Origin: a virus
Lineage: Duplodnaviria; Heunggongvirae; Uroviricota; Caudoviricetes
Virus record (IMG/VR): IMGVR_UViG_3300042349_000541
Location: 94,773 to 158,772 of that record
Direction: 5' to 3' (one strand)
Length of the DNA: 64,000 nucleotides
This document shows, one piece after another, positions 56,617 through 64,000 of this stretch; position 1 is the first letter of the stretch; each line of letters begins with the position of its first letter. The notes beneath the pieces were generated by a model. It had not been told where the DNA came from and did no database searches. It saw only the letters and a list, made by a program, of their open reading frames with translations. A program made the translations under genes and the position numbers.

Positions 56617-57624
56617 ATGACAAAACAATTATTAAAAAATCACGTAGCTATTCTTCTAGATACATCTGGATCTATGCATAGTATCATAGGCGATATGCAA
56701 AAAGTGCTACAACAAAGAATTGAATTTTTACGCAAGATGAGTCTTGACTTTAATCAGGAAACGCGAATATCAATTTATACTTTCGATGACAAGCCCGAGT
56801 GTGTGGTATACGATACAGATGTTACTCGGCCCATAGATTTAGGTAAATTTAAAGCAAGTGGATCTACCGCATTATTAGACTGCTTAAATCAGGCTGTTTG
56901 TGAATTAGAATTACTGCCAGAAATTCATGGGGATCATGCCTACATAGTTTATATTCTATCTGATGGGGGCGAAAACTGTTCCAGAGCAACTAACGCTAAA
57001 ACTATGCTTCAAAAAATTAAGTCATTGAAGGAAAATTGGACCATTGCAGGATATGTCCCCAGTATGGATGCTGGTAAGTATTTAGAATCTTACGGTATTC
57101 CAAAGGGTAATATCGAACGCTGGGATGCCGATAAAAAGGGTATCGCAGAAGTTGAAGATACATTCGATAGATCTATGACTCAATACTATAGCAGTAGACA
57201 ATCGGGTGTAAGATCTTCACAAACAATCTTCTCGGGCCTAAAAGACGTAAACTCTACCAACGTAACTAAAGTTCTAGATGAACTGAGCAAGAAAGATTTT
57301 ACTATTGTTATCAATGAGGATGTAAAAGCTTTGTGGATTCGGGATATTGTAGAAGATAAAACAGGCAAGAAATATGTTAAGGGCAACTCATACTATGAAT
57401 TAGTAAAGAACGAGCATGTTCAGCCTAGCAAAAATATTATTATTCAAAATAAGAAAACTGGTAAGGCATATTCCGGTGGAAACGCCCGTCAACTTCTCGG
57501 ACTTCCTTCGAACATGGAAGTCAAACTGAACGTCGGTGACTACGGCGAATGGCTTGTCTACGTTCAAAGCACTTCGCATAACCGGAACGTCATTCCAAAG
57601 CAGAGGATTTTGGTGATGAAATAA
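56617..57624 (+). CDS. von Willebrand factor A (vWA) domain protein
   Basis: MIDAS motif LLDTSGSM ... SGSTALLDCL ... ILSDGGEN. Confidence 0.55.
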   Translation: MTKQLLKNHVAILLDTSGSMHSIIGDMQKVLQQRIEFLRKMSLDFNQETRISIYTFDDKPECVVYDTDVTRPIDLGKFKASGSTALLDCLNQAVCELELLPEIHGDHAYIVYILSDGGENCSRATNAKTMLQKIKSLKENWTIAGYVPSMDAGKYLESYGIPKGNIERWDADKKGIAEVEDTFDRSMTQYYSSRQSGVRSSQTIFSGLKDVNSTNVTKVLDELSKKDFTIVINEDVKALWIRDIVEDKTGKKYVKGNSYYELVKNEHVQPSKNIIIQNKKTGKAYSGGNARQLLGLPSNMEVKLNVGDYGEWLVYVQSTSHNRNVIPKQRILVMK

Positions 57625-57625
57625 C

Positions 57626-57653
57626 TTGACATGGCTTAAAGCCATGTTATAAT
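57626..57653 (+). promoter_or_regulatory. sigma-70 consensus promoter (TTGACA-16-TATAAT, TGt extended) with perfect palindrome ATGGCTT-A-AAGCCAT in the spacer
   Basis: hexamers 57626-57631 and 57648-57653; palindrome 57632-57646. Confidence 0.55.
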
Positions 57654-57672
57654 GGGAGAGGGATAAAAAATA

Positions 57673-58386
57673 ATGGAAATCGGCGACAGAATGAAAGATT
57701 ACGAAAAGGCTTACGGTATGCAGGCAATGCCTAATTGCCCGATCATAGTTCGTATCGACGGAAAAGCTTTTCATGGTTTTACTTCAAATTTGAATAAGCC
57801 TTATGATGACGGTTTAGTACAAGCAATGGATACTTTGACTTACGATCTTTGTAATTTTAGTGATGCGGTTTTAGGATATACACAGAGCGACGAAATAACA
57901 CTCGTGTTATCCAAAGAATCGCCGGAGCAAGAATTATTTTTCAGCGGAAAAATACAAAAGCTATGTTCCGTTCTTGCATCCTTTGCAACCTATACTTTCA
58001 ATAACATTTTCAAAAACGAAGGAAAAATGGCACTATTTGACTGCCGTGTGTTTTCCGTGCCAAATTTATCCGAAGCTACAAATTGTTTGCTCTGGCGAGA
58101 GATGGATGCAGCACGAAACTCAATTCAAATGGCCGCTAGAACTTATTATTCGCATAAAGAATGCAATAATAAAAACTTTTCAGATCTTAGCGATATGCTA
58201 ATTAATAAAGGTGTTAACTGGAATAATTATCCCGCACGCTTTAAACGTGGTGGTTATACTAAAAAGCTAAGAAATAAAATTACCGGAAAAAGATCATATT
58301 GCCCGCTAGATATAATGCCTCTAACACAATATAGTCACGAAGAAAGAGTTGAAATTTTATTTGGAGATTTAGTCAATGTCAATTAA
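57673..58386 (+). CDS. Thg1-like protein (tRNA-His guanylyltransferase family, 3'-5' nucleotidyltransferase)
   Basis: IIVRIDGKAFHGF ... KPYDDGLV ... GYTQSDEITLVL match the Thg1/TLP catalytic-core motifs. Confidence 0.65.
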   Translation: MEIGDRMKDYEKAYGMQAMPNCPIIVRIDGKAFHGFTSNLNKPYDDGLVQAMDTLTYDLCNFSDAVLGYTQSDEITLVLSKESPEQELFFSGKIQKLCSVLASFATYTFNNIFKNEGKMALFDCRVFSVPNLSEATNCLLWREMDAARNSIQMAARTYYSHKECNNKNFSDLSDMLINKGVNWNNYPARFKRGGYTKKLRNKITGKRSYCPLDIMPLTQYSHEERVEILFGDLVNVN

Positions 58387-58966
58387 TGTATTTTTCACTT
58401 CGGATTCTCATTACGGGCACTCAAATATTGCCGGGCCTAAAGTAAGCTCGTGGAGTTCTGGATATCGTAACTTTAATAGTACCCACGATATGAATGAAGC
58501 ATTGGTTGAATCTTTTAACGAGGCTGGCGAGAATGATATTATTTACCATCTTGGCGATTGGTCTTTCGGTGGAAAACATAACATTGAAACGTTCCGCAAA
58601 AGTATTCGTTGTCAAAACATTTTCCTAGTTACGGGCAATCATGACAAGCATGTATATGATCACAGGCACCTATTTAAATGGATAAAGCCCGTATGGGAAG
58701 GAAAAATTCATGATACATATTTTTACCTTCATCACTACGCACAACGCATATGGAATATGTCCCACAGAGGATCTATAATGCTTTACGGGCATAGTCACGG
58801 CAGTCTACCAGACGACCCCGATCTTCTGTCTATAGATGTTGGTTGGGATACTGAACTGTACGGACACGAAAAACATACATTGTATCATTACGACGAAGTC
58901 ATGTCTATTATGAAACAAAAGAAGTGGACTGCTGTTGATCATCATAACACTAATACTACGGAGTGA
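58376..58966 (+). CDS. calcineurin-like metallophosphoesterase
   Basis: FFTSDSHYGH ... HLGDWSFGG ... VTGNHDKH ... GHSHG. Confidence 0.6.
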   Translation: MSINVFFTSDSHYGHSNIAGPKVSSWSSGYRNFNSTHDMNEALVESFNEAGENDIIYHLGDWSFGGKHNIETFRKSIRCQNIFLVTGNHDKHVYDHRHLFKWIKPVWEGKIHDTYFYLHHYAQRIWNMSHRGSIMLYGHSHGSLPDDPDLLSIDVGWDTELYGHEKHTLYHYDEVMSIMKQKKWTAVDHHNTNTTE

Positions 58967-59138
58967 GAAAATGGAAAAGTGCCCAAAGTGCAATTATGAC
59001 GGACATTGGAAAACGCCCAAGTCTAAGTATATGCTATGTTATAAATGCGGAAAGCAATGGATTCCGGAGAAATCCGAAAAAGACAAAAAGGAATATGTAA
59101 GCGTTATTGATAAATTATATGAAAAACTTGAATTTTAA
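58935..59138 (+). CDS. zinc-ribbon protein
   Basis: CPKCNYDG...CYKCGKQW. Confidence 0.3.
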   Translation: MIIITLILRSEKMEKCPKCNYDGHWKTPKSKYMLCYKCGKQWIPEKSEKDKKEYVSVIDKLYEKLEF

Positions 59139-59388
59139 ACCTAACCAGATAACCGCCATAGTAATAGTATTCGGTGGATTATTATTTATTTTATACGATT
59201 TGTTCGCACTGTTCATTTTTAATGAAGAAGCAACAATAAGTTACGTTGTAAATCAGTGGGCATGGTCAAGCCCGCTGGCAGTTTATATCGCCGGTGTAGT
59301 AACTGGCGGTCTGGCTGTACATTTTTTAGCATGGGCACCATTAGAAAAACAGGTAGAAAGAAAAAATGAGCAAGTTGACAATAGTTAG
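59107..59388 (+). CDS. membrane protein (2 TM)
   Basis: hydrophobic segments. Confidence 0.3.
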   Translation: MINYMKNLNFKPNQITAIVIVFGGLLFILYDLFALFIFNEEATISYVVNQWAWSSPLAVYIAGVVTGGLAVHFLAWAPLEKQVERKNEQVDNS

Positions 59389-59821
59389 AGGTCTTCCGGG
59401 TTCGGGTAAAAGCACGCTTGCACACAAGCTAGCGGAAGCCGATGGAAATAGTGTGGTATTAGAAGCCGATCAGTTTTTTATGATTGAAAATGATTATAAA
59501 TTTACGTTCGACTTTTTAACCGTGGCACATTCTTGGTGTCTCGGGCAGGCTTTTTATCATTTATTTCGCGGCAAGAATGTTATTGTAGCAAATACATTCG
59601 TCGAGTATTGGACAGTTGATAAATATATTGAGGCCGCTTTTAAGGCTAAAATTCCTTGGGAAGTGGTAGAACCAAAAACTAAGTGGAAAAGCGATACGGT
59701 TCAATTGGCCGAAAAGAACGTCCATAAGGTCAGTCAGGCCGCTATTCAAAAAATGCTTGATAAATGGGAAACCACAAAAGAAATTATCACCAAACTTGAA
59801 GCAAAGGGCTGGGCCGTTTAA
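59366..59821 (+). CDS. P-loop kinase, polynucleotide-kinase (Pnk kinase-domain)-like
   Basis: Walker A IVRGLPGSGKSTLAHKLA at N-terminus; size and layout like the T4 Pnk kinase domain; no phosphatase domain. Confidence 0.5.
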   Translation: MSKLTIVRGLPGSGKSTLAHKLAEADGNSVVLEADQFFMIENDYKFTFDFLTVAHSWCLGQAFYHLFRGKNVIVANTFVEYWTVDKYIEAAFKAKIPWEVVEPKTKWKSDTVQLAEKNVHKVSQAAIQKMLDKWETTKEIITKLEAKGWAV

Positions 59822-59979
59822 TGGGTAAGGTCGGTATTTTTCTGGCGATACTACTTTATATGTTTATCGCCGCCGGTAATTTAAAAGATAAAGATTATCC
59901 ACATGCCATGATGTGGTTTTGTTACGGTTTAGCAAACGTGGCTTTGCTATGGTACGAATATACAAAAGAGGTTTTATGA
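59821..59979 (+). CDS. small membrane ORF (52 aa)
   Basis: TAATG coupling to kinase gene, ATGA coupling to ssb; two hydrophobic segments; below track cut-off. Confidence 0.2.
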   Translation: MGKVGIFLAILLYMFIAAGNLKDKDYPHAMMWFCYGLANVALLWYEYTKEVL

Positions 59980-60284
59980 ATTATAACAAAGTTATAGTGG
60001 GCGGAAGGCTTACTAAAGACTCAACGCTAACTTCTACCACTAGCGGAAAGAAAGTTTTGGAGTTTTCTATCGCTTGTAGCGATAAGTATGGAGACAAAGA
60101 AGAAGTGCTGTATTTAGACTGTGTCATGTTTGGTGAGCGGGCCGAAAAGGTCGCACAATATTTAGTCAAGGGAAAGCAAATGCTAGTTGACGGAAAGCTG
60201 CGGCTTGAGAATTGGACCGGATCTGACGGAGTTAAGCGGTCGAAACATTCATTACTCGTTGATAATTTTAATTTTGCAGGATAA
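59976..60284 (+). CDS. ssb: single-stranded DNA-binding protein (OB fold, no acidic tail)
   Basis: MNYNKVIVGGRLTKDSTL...GERAEKVAQYLVKGKQMLVDGKLRLENW typical SSB OB-fold pattern; track ORF 59913 trimmed to ATG 59976. Confidence 0.55.
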   Translation: MNYNKVIVGGRLTKDSTLTSTTSGKKVLEFSIACSDKYGDKEEVLYLDCVMFGERAEKVAQYLVKGKQMLVDGKLRLENWTGSDGVKRSKHSLLVDNFNFAG

Positions 60285-60285
60285 T

Positions 60286-60528
60286 ATGAAGAACTTATTA
60301 ATGATTGTGTGTGTATTTTTTCTTTCATTAGAAGCTGTCGGGGCGGATAAAACTTCGTCCGGGCGACCTAATTCCGGAAATTCTTCCGAATCTAGGAATT
60401 CTTTTCAGAGTAGACCAAATATTTTTGGTGGTCAAAGATATTATAGTTCTGGCAGGCCGGTCGGGTATTCTCGTCCAAACATTTATGGCGGTCAAAACTA
60501 TAACTCTTATGGCACCAAAAAGAAATAA
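60286..60528 (+). CDS. small secreted repeat protein
   Basis: signal peptide then repeats RPNIFGGQRYY / RPNIYGGQNYN; ATG 60286. Confidence 0.3.
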   Translation: MKNLLMIVCVFFLSLEAVGADKTSSGRPNSGNSSESRNSFQSRPNIFGGQRYYSSGRPVGYSRPNIYGGQNYNSYGTKKK

Positions 60529-62000
60529 TGAAGAAAAAAATTAATGTTGATTTAAAAGATCTGGCATATGAAAGGGCACTATTGTCGGCCATATGTCAGA
60601 TGGGACTGGAAGTATTTATTGATGTAGATTATATCACTAATGAAACATTCACTGAGCCGACAAACCAGATAGTATTCGATATTGCTAAAAAATGTATCTA
60701 TGACGGTAGCACTCTAGATCTTTCTACTATTTTGAGCAAAGCTTCTTCTTTGGGGCTTGCGAGCTTATTTGAAAATAAAGACGAATTAGAATATATTAGA
60801 TCGTTATTTAATTTCCCCGTAAACAAAAACAATGTAACAAATTACGCCGCAAAACTTACGAAGCTAAAGCTTCTTAGGGATGCCCGCAAAGAGTTTCAGA
60901 AAGCAATGGATGGCCTCTCTCAATTTACGGGCGAGGAAGATATTGCGGATATTCTCACAAGTATTGAACAACCCGGAAATAATCTAGCTCAAACAATATA
61001 TAATAGCGATAATAGTAAGCCCGTAGAAATCGGCGTTAACATGTATGATTATGTAGTGGAATTACTAAATAATCCTGCGGGCTTCAATGGTATAAAAACT
61101 GGTATTGAAGAATTTGATAAGGCTCTAGGTGGCGGTTTACGCAATGGGTGCGTCGATGTTGTTGCGGCCCGACCTAAAACTGGCAAAAGTACACTCGGCC
61201 TACAAGTGTCGAAAAATCAGGATGTATTATCTATACCTACCCTGATAATAGACACCGAAATGGATTCTGCAAGTCAACAAAATAGATTGCTCGCTAATGC
61301 TTCTGGCGTTAATGTTAATGATATTGCCGCAGGAAATAAAAGCTATGCAGAAAAAATGTTGAAGGCGGCAGAATCCTTGAAAGATTCTAAGATTGAGCAT
61401 ATTAATGTTTCCGGGCGTTCGTTTGATTCTATACTATCGATTATGAGACAGTGGATCTATCGCAAGGTTGGATTTAATAATGATGGAACCGCAAAACCGT
61501 GCCTCATTGTTTATGACTATTTAAAACTTACGAGCGGCGATAATATCACTGAGGCTATGAAGGAATATCAAATTCTTGGATTCCAGATGACAAACCTGCA
61601 CAACTTTATGGTAAAATATAAAGTGCCGTGCTTAGCGTTCGTACAGTTAAGTCGGGAAGATGATATCGCCCAATCGGATCGTATCTTGTGGCTCTGTACG
61701 AGCTACACCAAGTTCAAGGAGAAGTCTCAGCAAGAACAGGCCGATGATATCGCTGCGGGAGTTCCGGTGCCGTATAACCGCAAGCTAGAGCCTCAGGTAG
61801 CCCGCTACGGACCCGCTATGGACTTTGGTAACTATATCAATCTCCGCATGGAGGGCGAATATAGCAGATTAACAGTTGGCCCAACTAGAGATCAATTGGC
61901 CCGTGGCGTAAAAGTAGATGTTCAAGTTCCAGATATATCAAGTGTAGGACAAAATGACGACGACACAAAAGAAATATCTGACGGCCCAGCAAATTCCTGA
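60528..62000 (+). CDS. dnaB: replicative DNA helicase (DnaB family)
   Basis: GIKTGIEEFDKALGGGLRNGCVDVVAARPKTGKSTLGLQVS Walker A in DnaB context; H3-like motifs downstream. Confidence 0.75.
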   Translation: MKKKINVDLKDLAYERALLSAICQMGLEVFIDVDYITNETFTEPTNQIVFDIAKKCIYDGSTLDLSTILSKASSLGLASLFENKDELEYIRSLFNFPVNKNNVTNYAAKLTKLKLLRDARKEFQKAMDGLSQFTGEEDIADILTSIEQPGNNLAQTIYNSDNSKPVEIGVNMYDYVVELLNNPAGFNGIKTGIEEFDKALGGGLRNGCVDVVAARPKTGKSTLGLQVSKNQDVLSIPTLIIDTEMDSASQQNRLLANASGVNVNDIAAGNKSYAEKMLKAAESLKDSKIEHINVSGRSFDSILSIMRQWIYRKVGFNNDGTAKPCLIVYDYLKLTSGDNITEAMKEYQILGFQMTNLHNFMVKYKVPCLAFVQLSREDDIAQSDRILWLCTSYTKFKEKSQQEQADDIAAGVPVPYNRKLEPQVARYGPAMDFGNYINLRMEGEYSRLTVGPTRDQLARGVKVDVQVPDISSVGQNDDDTKEISDGPANS

Positions 62001-62958
62001 TATATTAGAATCTTTTAAGATAGATTTTAAATATAAGGCCGGTACATACTCTTTTGCATGTCCCGTTCATAATGGCGATAATGCTACTGCATGTACAATT
62101 TTTGAAGGCAGGCACGATATTCCAAATTGGCAGTGCTGGACACACCAATGTCAGAATACATACGGCAAAGGACTTTACGGTTTTATACGTGGGGTTTTAT
62201 CGGCCCGTGGCGGAGAAGAAGTTGATTTTAAGGCCGTAAACAATTTTCTACGTAATAAGAATCTTGATTTTTTTGTTTCTATAGAAAAAACTCCTGCTAA
62301 TCAGCAAAAGATTTTGACTCGGGCATTATCTGTGGGTACAAATAAGGTAACTAAAAATATAGACCGTGATTACATAAGAAAAAATCTTGTGTGTCCGTCT
62401 CCATATTTTTTGGGAAGAAATTTTTCTGCTGAAATATTAGACATGTTCGATGTTGGAGATTCGCATCAGCCCGGACGCATGATGCACGAAAGAGCAGTAG
62501 TGCCGGTATACGATATAGATGGATCTTATGCTGGTTGTTGCGGACGTACCATTGTTGGACATAAAGATAAATGGATTTATTCATTTAATAAGGGCAACTT
62601 TTTATACGGATTAAACCTCTCGTTGGAACATATACAAAAGTCGGGATGGGCAGTGATTGTCGAGGGAAATCCGGATCTTTGGGGGGTTTTCAGTCATGGT
62701 TTTCGTAACTCTGTGGCTATAATGGGAACAGCTTTTACTGATGAACAACTATTATTGCTGGAGCAAAGCGGTGCATTAAATTTATTAATATTTACAGACA
62801 TGGATTCAGCCGGAAGAAATTGTGCAGATTCTATTGTTAAAAAGTGCGGAAGAAGATTTAATTATTACGTGCCTGAATACGGAGCGAAAGACCCCGGCGA
62901 ATTAGGTGTGGAAGTAAAAAATATACTAGGTAATTATATTGATTTGGAGAAACTATGA
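61954..62958 (+). CDS. dnaG: DNA primase (DnaG-like: zinc-binding plus TOPRIM)
   Basis: CPVHNGDNATACTIF...CWTHQC zinc-binding domain; TOPRIM IVEGNPDLW and IFTDMDSAGRN. Confidence 0.7.
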   Translation: MTTTQKKYLTAQQIPDILESFKIDFKYKAGTYSFACPVHNGDNATACTIFEGRHDIPNWQCWTHQCQNTYGKGLYGFIRGVLSARGGEEVDFKAVNNFLRNKNLDFFVSIEKTPANQQKILTRALSVGTNKVTKNIDRDYIRKNLVCPSPYFLGRNFSAEILDMFDVGDSHQPGRMMHERAVVPVYDIDGSYAGCCGRTIVGHKDKWIYSFNKGNFLYGLNLSLEHIQKSGWAVIVEGNPDLWGVFSHGFRNSVAIMGTAFTDEQLLLLEQSGALNLLIFTDMDSAGRNCADSIVKKCGRRFNYYVPEYGAKDPGELGVEVKNILGNYIDLEKL

Positions 62959-63797
62959 AAAGTAAGGTTTTAGCTTTTTGCGGCAAAAAAGGTAGCGGCA
63001 AAAACACATTGGCGAATTTCTTGACGGGCTATCAGCTACGGGCGAATGAGATTATCAAAGATTTTTCGCTTGACGATAAAGGTAGATTATTTGCTTTATA
63101 TGATGCGAATGGTAAAGATGCCGAGGGGCTTTTAGATCTAAACAGAAATGATTTTGACTTCGGAGTTTATGCGTCTCAAAGTATCTGGCCGTTCGTTAAG
63201 ACATATGCGTTTGCAAATCCTCTAAAGGATATATGTCATGAACTTTTTGAGATTCCTAGGGAATTACTGCATGGTACTGACGAAGATAAAAACACGGTCA
63301 TGGAGCATCTTAGGTGGGAAAACATGCCGGGAGTTATGACTCCTGAAATGTCTATATACGGACAAGACTATGTTGGAAAACATTCTGATGGAAGTTTCGA
63401 AGATGCTTGTTATTGGATGTATAAGCATGACCCCGGCCTTATGACTGTGCGTGAATTCCTACAGTTTATGGGTACGGAAGTCATGCGTAAGATATACCTG
63501 CCGGTTTGGGTAAACTTGTTAAAGAGACAAATTCAGTCAGAGCGATCTGATCTATCAATTATAACCGACTGCCGTTTTGATAACGAGATTGAAGGATTAA
63601 AATCTCTACCGAGAGAAAGCTATGATGTAAAATTCGTATATCTTACGAGATATATTAATGCTGATGATAAACATGCTTCGGAAGATGGAACTAATTTACA
63701 ATATGCCGATCTTGTTCTTGATAACATGAATATGTCTTTAACAGATACGTGCATCGCACTTCAAAAACAAATATCAGACTGGGGATGGCTTGAATAA
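62955..63797 (+). CDS. deoxynucleoside monophosphate kinase-like P-loop protein
   Basis: VLAFCGKKGSGKNTLANFL resembles the T4 gp1 dNMP kinase N-terminus. Confidence 0.5.
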   Translation: MKSKVLAFCGKKGSGKNTLANFLTGYQLRANEIIKDFSLDDKGRLFALYDANGKDAEGLLDLNRNDFDFGVYASQSIWPFVKTYAFANPLKDICHELFEIPRELLHGTDEDKNTVMEHLRWENMPGVMTPEMSIYGQDYVGKHSDGSFEDACYWMYKHDPGLMTVREFLQFMGTEVMRKIYLPVWVNLLKRQIQSERSDLSIITDCRFDNEIEGLKSLPRESYDVKFVYLTRYINADDKHASEDGTNLQYADLVLDNMNMSLTDTCIALQKQISDWGWLE

Positions 63798-64000
63798 TGA
63801 AAATAATTCTATTAGATCTTGACGGTGTATTAGTCGATTTTATATCTGGATACTTAAAAGTTTTAGGCAGACATGAAAAACATGACGATATTAAATCATG
63901 GAATTTTTACAGAGAGTGGGGTATTTCAGATGAAGAGTTTTGGGAAAAATGTTCTGTTCCGGGATTTTGGTATAATTTAGAGTTATATCCTTGGGCTAAA
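63797..64000 (+). CDS. HAD-superfamily hydrolase (5'-nucleotidase-like), 3'-truncated by window end
   Basis: MKIILLDLDGVLVDF motif I of HAD phosphatases. Confidence 0.45.
   Translation, partial: MKIILLDLDGVLVDFISGYLKVLGRHEKHDDIKSWNFYREWGISDEEFWEKCSVPGFWYNLELYPWAK

Overview
This window reads as a large, AT-rich (about 30-35% GC) double-stranded DNA bacteriophage genome segment. Essentially every credible gene is on the + strand, genes are packed head to tail with many ATGA/TAATG start-stop overlaps, and all minus-strand ORFs in the track look like shadows of + strand genes. The content is typical of a big virulent myovirus-like phage: a nucleotide-metabolism and replication block, a set of RNA-repair enzymes, an NAD-salvage pair, a small tRNA/stable-RNA cluster, several homing endonucleases, and a few structural or host-interaction candidates. 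I found no CRISPR array and no rRNA.

Nucleotide metabolism and replication: class II ribonucleotide reductase NrdJ with an intein, RecA/UvsX recombinase with an intein, dUTPase, ThyA, DHFR, a dCMP/cytidine-deaminase-like protein, PRPP synthetase, dNMP kinase, PhoH, SSB, DnaB helicase, DnaG primase, and two HD-domain nucleotidases.

RNA repair: ATP-dependent RNA ligase (KIHG motif I), a minimal nucleotidyltransferase, a Thg1-like 3'-5' nucleotidyltransferase, a Pnk-like P-loop kinase and two calcineurin-like phosphoesterases.

NAD salvage: a Nampt gene split by a LAGLIDADG homing-endonuclease insertion, plus the PRPP-synthetase homolog.

RNA genes: tRNA-Phe and tRNA-Met(CAT) are confident. Four further promoter-driven tRNA-like elements fail a canonical cloverleaf.

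Mobile elements: free-standing HNH (two), GIY-YIG and Vsr/DUF559-like endonucleases, plus the two LAGLIDADG inteins.

Other: a GT-B glycosyltransferase cluster with a papain-like peptidase, a sigma-70-family factor directly upstream of a candidate abundant virion protein, a PAS-domain membrane protein, a GHKL ATPase, a vWA protein and a small alarmone (ppGpp) hydrolase.

Regulation: ten near-consensus host sigma-70 promoters (TTGACA-N16/17-TATAAT, usually with an extended -10 TGn) sit in front of early genes, several with dyad-symmetry operator candidates.

All calls are from reading motifs in the translated ORFs and the DNA by eye. None has been confirmed by database search.
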